Assembly (NCBI GenBank): GCA_018824725.1
Contig: JAHJGB010000124.1
Span: 1-41,178 of the forward strand
From: Candidatus Omnitrophota bacterium
Lineage (GTDB): Bacteria > Omnitrophota > Gorgyraeia > Gorgyraeales > Gorgyraeaceae
Length of the DNA: 41,178 nucleotides
Direction: 5' to 3'
Part shown: positions 36,987 to 41,178 of the stretch, in pieces
Layout: every line of letters starts with the position of its first letter
Position numbering within the stretch: the first letter of the stretch is position 1
The notes under the pieces: model-generated
Seen by the model: the letters and a program-made list of their open reading frames with translations, nothing else
What the model was told of the DNA's origin: nothing
Database searches by the model: none
Position numbers and translations under genes: made by a program

Positions 36987-37846
36987 TGTTTTTTATGCAG
37001 GAATAAATCCGCTGTTACGTTAACTATAAAACTTATGACAAATAAAACTATGCCTACAGCAAAAAGAGCGAAATAATGTTCGCTGCCGACCACTGCCTCT
37101 CCCATCTCAGCTGCAATAGTAGCTGTTAAAGTACGGACCGGGGCCAAAATACTATTTGGTATAACAGCCGCATTTCCTGTAATCATCATAACTGCCATGG
37201 TCTCGCCGATCACCCTTCCTATCCCTAGCATTATAGCAGCCAGTATGCCGCTAGATGCAGCAGGAAGCATGATCCGCCATATTGTCTGCCAGTGAGTTGC
37301 CCCAAGCGCAAGAGCGCCTTCTTTGTAAGTTTTCGGGACAGAATAAAGCGCATCTTCAGCGATTGAGACTATTGTAGGCATAGCCATAAAAGCAAGCATT
37401 ATAGAGCCTGACAATGCTGTCAAGCCTGTCGGCAGATGAAAAATATTTTTTACAAGAGGCACAAGGGTCACCATACCTATAAATCCTAACACCACGCTTG
37501 GGATTGCAGCCAAAAGCTCTATGCCTGCCTTAAGAGTTTCTTTAATCTTTCCGGGCGCAACTTCTGCAATATAGACTGCGCAGCCCACTCCTATAGGAAT
37601 AGAAATAATAGCTGCGCCTAAGGTAACCAATAATGACCCGAGAATCAGAGGAAGTATTCCCAACTGCGGCGGTTCTGAAATAGGATACCAACTTTTACCG
37701 AATAAAAAATTAAAAGGGCTTACAGTATTAAATACTGAAAGCCCTTCTTTAAGAAGAAACAGGAATATCAATACAACAAAAAATATTGAGGCAATGCCGC
37801 TGATAAGTATCAGCTTCTCTATGATAAATTCTTTAAACTTACGCAT
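36983..37846 (-). CDS. pstC: Phosphate ABC permease PstC
   Basis: ELLAAIPSVV, ALGATHW and GETMAV; start moved to ATG 37846 (SD AAGGA). Confidence 0.95.
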   Translation of the reverse strand: MRKFKEFIIEKLILISGIASIFFVVLIFLFLLKEGLSVFNTVSPFNFLFGKSWYPISEPPQLGILPLILGSLLVTLGAAIISIPIGVGCAVYIAEVAPGKIKETLKAGIELLAAIPSVVLGFIGMVTLVPLVKNIFHLPTGLTALSGSIMLAFMAMPTIVSIAEDALYSVPKTYKEGALALGATHWQTIWRIMLPAASSGILAAIMLGIGRVIGETMAVMMITGNAAVIPNSILAPVRTLTATIAAEMGEAVVGSEHYFALFAVGIVLFVISFIVNVTADLFLHKKQ

Positions 37847-37855
37847 ATCCTTTAC

Positions 37856-37907
37856 AGTTAGCCACAAAGTAGGGGAGGTTTAAACCGCCCCTACTTTGTG
37901 GCTAACT
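37856..37907. repeat. Family C GTAG-type REP-like hairpin between pstS and pstC
   Basis: Perfect 20-bp arms; core GTAGGGGAGGTTTAAACCGCCCCTAC (37869-37894). Confidence 0.85.
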
Positions 37908-37910
37908 AAT

Positions 37911-38765
37911 TTACTTGCTAACTGGGACGAAATCAGTGGCTAAAACTATATCCTGGCCTTCTTTGGAAAGCGCAAAATCAATAAACTTTTTTACCAGGTC
38001 CTGAGGCGCGCCATTTGTATAAATAAGCAATGGCCTTGATATAGGATATTTATTGTTCAAAACATTTTCAATTATAGGCTCCACATATTCTGATTTTTCA
38101 TCTTTGGCTATAGCAACTGGTTTTTGCTTGGCTGAAATATAGCCCATACCATAATATCCTATAGCGCTGGAATTTCCAGCCACTTCATCAGCAATGGCCT
38201 GGGATGACGAAAGCATCAAGGCGCCAGGCGAAAACTCTTCTTTGCTATTCGGATCATTTTTTCTTAAAACATGCTCTTTAAAATAAACATGCGTGCCTGA
38301 ATTCACTTCGCGGGAAAGCACCACTATTCTTTCATCTTTACCGCCAAGTTCTTTCCAATTAGTTATCCTTCCCGTAAAAATACCTGAAAGCTGGTCCAGT
38401 GTAAGTTTATCCACAGGATTAGAGGGATTGACTACCACTGCTAAACCGTCCAAAGCTACTTTAATCTCATTCGGATTTATGCCTTTCTTATTTGCCAGGC
38501 TTATTTCTTTTTCTTTTATATTCCTAGAACTCATTGCAATATCGCACGTGCCGCTTATGAGGCTGGAAAGCCCTGTGCCGGAACCCCCTCCTGTAACAGC
38601 AACAAAATCTCCAGGATTTTTTTCCATATATTTCTCAGCCCATGCCTGGCCTAAATTAACCATGGTATCGGAACCTTTTATCTGTATAGAATTCTTGCTC
38701 TGGCCAGCAAGCGCAGAAGCCGCAAACATGAAAATAGCCAAAATAAATACTGCTTTCTTAAACAT
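37911..38765 (-). CDS. pstS: Phosphate-binding protein PstS
   Basis: Signal peptide; GSDT, GGGSGTG, SSR, REVNSGT and YPISRPL. Confidence 0.95.
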   Translation of the reverse strand: MFKKAVFILAIFMFAASALAGQSKNSIQIKGSDTMVNLGQAWAEKYMEKNPGDFVAVTGGGSGTGLSSLISGTCDIAMSSRNIKEKEISLANKKGINPNEIKVALDGLAVVVNPSNPVDKLTLDQLSGIFTGRITNWKELGGKDERIVVLSREVNSGTHVYFKEHVLRKNDPNSKEEFSPGALMLSSSQAIADEVAGNSSAIGYYGMGYISAKQKPVAIAKDEKSEYVEPIIENVLNNKYPISRPLLIYTNGAPQDLVKKFIDFALSKEGQDIVLATDFVPVSK

Positions 38766-38829
38766 CTTTCCTCCTGAATATTATAAATTTTCTCATGTTA
38801 ATCATAGGAAATATATTTTACCCCTAAAA

Positions 38830-38869
38830 GCAAAAAATCCCAAGCAAATTCTGCCTGGGATTTTTTTGC
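38830..38869. terminator. Bidirectional terminator-like hairpin after mscL
   Basis: gcaaaaaatccca...tgggatttttttgc with A and T tracts on both sides. Confidence 0.7.
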
Positions 38870-38902
38870 CTTGCCACTCATTGGATAACTCTAACTGCCT
38901 GA

Positions 38903-39247
38903 TTATTTTGCTGCGCTTTTTTTCAAATAATTAATACCTTTAACTGCTAGAAAAATACAAAACGCCACAATCAAGAAATCAATTACTGTGTTTATAAATA
39001 ACCCGTAATTAAGAGTAACTGCCGGAATTGACGGAGTTGGTGGCGTATTAATAACTGCTTCCTTAAGAACTACTTTCAGGCTTTTGAAATCAACTCCTCC
39101 AAGCAATATTCCTAAAGGCGGCATCATTACATCGCCTACCAGAGAAGTGACTATTTTTCCAAACGAAGCTCCGATTACAATGCCTACTGCCATATCCACT
39201 GCGTCGCCTTTAACGGCAAATTCCTTAAATTCCTTGATAATAGACAT
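38903..39247 (-). CDS. mscL: Large-conductance mechanosensitive channel (short C-terminus)
   Basis: EFKEFA-x-KG-x-x-VDMAVG-x-x-IG-x-x-FGKIV and YG-x-FI...FLIVAF. Confidence 0.92.
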   Translation of the reverse strand: MSIIKEFKEFAVKGDAVDMAVGIVIGASFGKIVTSLVGDVMMPPLGILLGGVDFKSLKVVLKEAVINTPPTPSIPAVTLNYGLFINTVIDFLIVAFCIFLAVKGINYLKKSAAK

Positions 39248-39265
39248 TAGGCCACTCCTTTTTTA

Positions 39266-39601
39266 TTACGCCTGCTTTTCCGCCATATCTCCGACTATGG
39301 GCAATTTGAACTTCTCTCCCTGATAAGACTTGATCATCAAAACTACCCAAAGTATCAGGCTTGCAATACTTATTATAGGTATTATTATAGCTCCTACTAC
39401 AGGAATAAATGCAAATACTATCTGAATCACAAATAATCCGCCAAAGGTTATTATGGATTGCATTGCGTGAAACCGCACAAATTTATTTTCTTTCTCAATT
39501 ATTAAAAAGATAACCCCTGTAAGAACACCCAACACATAACTTAATAGGGCTGCTACATTAGGCTGTATGCCGGTTGAGGTCTTTCCCAGATCATTTGCCA
39601 T
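39266..39601 (-). CDS. DUF4870-type membrane protein
   Basis: NVAALLSY, EKENKFVRFHAMQS and KLPIVG. Confidence 0.8.
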   Translation of the reverse strand: MANDLGKTSTGIQPNVAALLSYVLGVLTGVIFLIIEKENKFVRFHAMQSIITFGGLFVIQIVFAFIPVVGAIIIPIISIASLILWVVLMIKSYQGEKFKLPIVGDMAEKQA

Positions 39602-39618
39602 ATACTCCTCCTTTTTGG

Positions 39619-39858
39619 CTATAGCTTTATCAATGCCAGTTTTTTATTTCTTGTCCAGCTTTTGATTTCTGATTCACGCTTGAGAGCCAGGGATCTATCT
39701 GGATATGCTTTTTTATATAACAATTTTACCGGCCGGCGGGCCATGGTACAGTGGCCGCCTTTGCCGGAATTGTGTTCTTTTATGCGGCGAGGAATATCAG
39801 TAGTAATTCCGGTGTAAAGGGAATTGTCAGAACAGGAAATTATATAGACATGCCACAT
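39619..39858 (-). CDS. Small GIY-YIG nuclease (UPF0213)
   Basis: VYII...LYTGIT...RR-x-x-EHN...ALKRE-x-x-IK. Confidence 0.9.
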   Translation of the reverse strand: MWHVYIISCSDNSLYTGITTDIPRRIKEHNSGKGGHCTMARRPVKLLYKKAYPDRSLALKRESEIKSWTRNKKLALIKL

Positions 39859-39894
39859 ATTGCAGATATATTTAAAGCCTTGAGACGCTACCTT

Positions 39895-40062
39895 TTAACG
39901 GCCGCTATCTTTACGCTTCGAGAAACATTCTTTGCAGTATACAGGACGGTCTCCGCTGGGCTTGAAAGGAACTTCGCATTCTTTCTTGCATTCTGAACAA
40001 GTCACCTTATGCATTTCCCTTGGTCTCCCGCCGAATCCGCCATCACGTTCTTGAAACCCCAT
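39895..40062 (-). CDS. CxxC-x17-CxxC zinc-ribbon protein (55 aa, not in ORF track)
   Basis: MGFQERDGGFGGRPREMHKVTCSECKKECEVPFKPSGDRPVYCKECFSKRKDSGR; SD AAGGAG. Confidence 0.9.
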   Translation of the reverse strand: MGFQERDGGFGGRPREMHKVTCSECKKECEVPFKPSGDRPVYCKECFSKRKDSGR

Positions 40063-40095
40063 ATTATCTCCTTTTTAATTTTCTTTGCATCAAAG

Positions 40096-40299
40096 TTATA
40101 CCTTTCTTACATTTGTTGCCTGAGGGCCTTTTGGTCCTTGTTCTACTTCAAACTCTACTTCCTGGCCTTCGCCTAAAGATTTAAAACCTTCTCCCTGAAT
40201 TGCCTTATGATGAACAAAACAATCTTTCGATCCATCATCCGGGGTGATAAATCCATAACCTTTCTGGTCATTGAACCACTTCACTTTTCCTTTTGCCAT
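40096..40299 (-). CDS. cspA: Cold-shock protein
   Basis: GKVKWFN, KGYGFI, FVH and GPKGPQA; SD GGAGGT. Confidence 0.97.
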   Translation of the reverse strand: MAKGKVKWFNDQKGYGFITPDDGSKDCFVHHKAIQGEGFKSLGEGQEVEFEVEQGPKGPQATNVRKV

Positions 40300-40348
40300 T
40301 ATCCGCTACCTCCTTCCGATAAGATTTTAGTAAATAACATCGAGTATC

Positions 40349-40389
40349 AAAAAAAACCGCAAGGCGAATTATCTTTTACCTTACGGTTT
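40349..40389 (-). promoter_or_regulatory. Hairpin plus U-tract in the cspA 5' leader
   Basis: AAACCGTAAGG...CCTTGCGG followed by T8, between promoter and RBS. Confidence 0.6.
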
Positions 40390-40422
40390 AAAATCTCTAC
40401 TCACCTATTTACTATTCGACTC

Positions 40423-40451
40423 ATTATATTTCTATTCTCTGTATTTGTCAA
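40423..40451 (-). promoter_or_regulatory. Consensus sigma70 promoter TTGACA-17-TATAAT for cspA
   Basis: tgtcaa 40446-40451 and attata 40423-40428. Confidence 0.85.
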
Positions 40452-40483
40452 TAAAATTAACTTGGCTGTAACTTATGATGCCT

Positions 40484-40948
40484 TTATTTATTTTCTACAT
40501 TTATACTATAAACATCCAGAAGCTGGAGCCTTGTCGCTTCGAGGCGCTGGGTAAAAACACTCATAAGCCTCTTTAATAACTCATATCCTAAGTCAGAATT
40601 CTTTTCACATTTTTCTCTCAGGCATTTTCCATCCAATACCACTGCCCTGGTATTTTCCACAGCTTCAGCGCTGAACCGATATCTATACGGCGGGATAAGC
40701 CATGACCATCCCAGGATATCGCCTTCTTTAATAGTCTGTATCGGATTCTGGCGGCGCTGGTCTATATAGATAGCTACAAGACCGCCGCGAATGACATAAA
40801 ACTTATCCGCAGATTGGCCCTCTTTGAGGATAACCTCTCCCTTTTTAAATACAGCGTTAGAAGCGCAGCCCACTATAAAATCGAAATATTTTGACGGCAA
40901 ATCTTTGAAAAACGAATGCTCTTTCAAAATAGATTCAATTGTTATCAT
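40484..40948 (-). CDS. Stand-alone cyclic-nucleotide-binding (Crp-like) domain protein
   Basis: EGQSADKFYVI-x-x-G, GDILGWSWL and RLEATRLQLLD; no HTH; start moved to ATG 40948 (SD GGAGG). Confidence 0.85.
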   Translation of the reverse strand: MITIESILKEHSFFKDLPSKYFDFIVGCASNAVFKKGEVILKEGQSADKFYVIRGGLVAIYIDQRRQNPIQTIKEGDILGWSWLIPPYRYRFSAEAVENTRAVVLDGKCLREKCEKNSDLGYELLKRLMSVFTQRLEATRLQLLDVYSINVENK

Positions 40949-41082
40949 CTGTCCTCCTTGTTTCAAAAAAATGGCTCCCCGTATTGGCCGAGTTTCGCAA
41001 CTTCTTGGAGGAGTTTAGGCCATATTGTATCACAGAAGAAGCGAATAAGCTATATAAAGAACTTGCTATTGCGTAAAGCATC

Positions 41083-41178
41083 CTATCCCGCAAAAAATCC
41101 AAAAAAGGTCAAAATAGCGCCAAGGATAAGCGTAACAATTGGATGAATTATTTGCAAGCTTTTATTTTTCTGGTAAGC
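41083..41178 (-). CDS. 3' end of a probable membrane protein running off the window
   Basis: Open frame LTRKNKSLQIIHPIVTLILGAILTFFGFFAG-stop, hydrophobic. Confidence 0.5.
   Translation of the reverse strand, partial: AYQKNKSLQIIHPIVTLILGAILTFFGFFAG

Noticed and set aside
38766-38830. Pho box upstream of pstS
   Set aside because: No convincing 11-bp-spaced direct repeats in the AT-rich spacer.
39619-39858. GIY-YIG nuclease as mobiliser of the repeats
   Set aside because: None of the repeat families flanks it; it looks like an ordinary UPF0213 gene.
40965-41023. Resemblance to a c-di-GMP-I riboswitch (GGCCUAAAC, GNRA loop)
   Set aside because: Element order does not match and the GGCAAAC/GACGCAAAGC region is missing; kept only as an unassigned leader.
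578-41146. Dozens of short ORFs antisense or out of frame within recognised genes (e.g. 5285-5824, 6373-6852, 38293-38934)
   Set aside because: No motifs, fully overlapped by well-supported genes; expected shadow ORFs.

Overview
A gene-dense, fairly AT-rich bacterial chromosomal segment. Gene content suggests an anaerobe, possibly Candidatus Omnitrophota/PVC-like (inference only). It carries two divergent homospermidine synthase paralogues plus ornithine decarboxylase, fba, dusB, a PAS/HD-GYP protein, seven radical SAM genes (three in one coupled operon with DUF362 and a nucleoside phosphorylase), tatC-DUF362-polyferredoxin, a GH94 laminaribiose-phosphorylase-like enzyme, an NTase-TPM-LemA cluster, a porin with a MerR remnant and a TMEM165 protein, a Ski2/HelY helicase, a pstSCAB1B2-phoU operon, mscL and cspA. 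Two small genes missed by the ORF track were found: a desulforedoxin-like protein and a CxxC-x17-CxxC protein. No rRNA, tRNA, CRISPR or transposase was recognised. The main non-obvious signal is about five families of short, mostly palindromic dispersed repeats. One composite family is inserted in frame (78 bp and 105 bp) inside two unrelated genes, an Elp3-like radical SAM gene and dusB. The two copies use different reading frames and each is stop-free only in its host frame. Also notable are a PstB pair whose degenerate motifs all map to one composite ATP site, and a TatC with a Glu-to-Gln change at the signal-binding position next to two substrates with RK instead of RR motifs.
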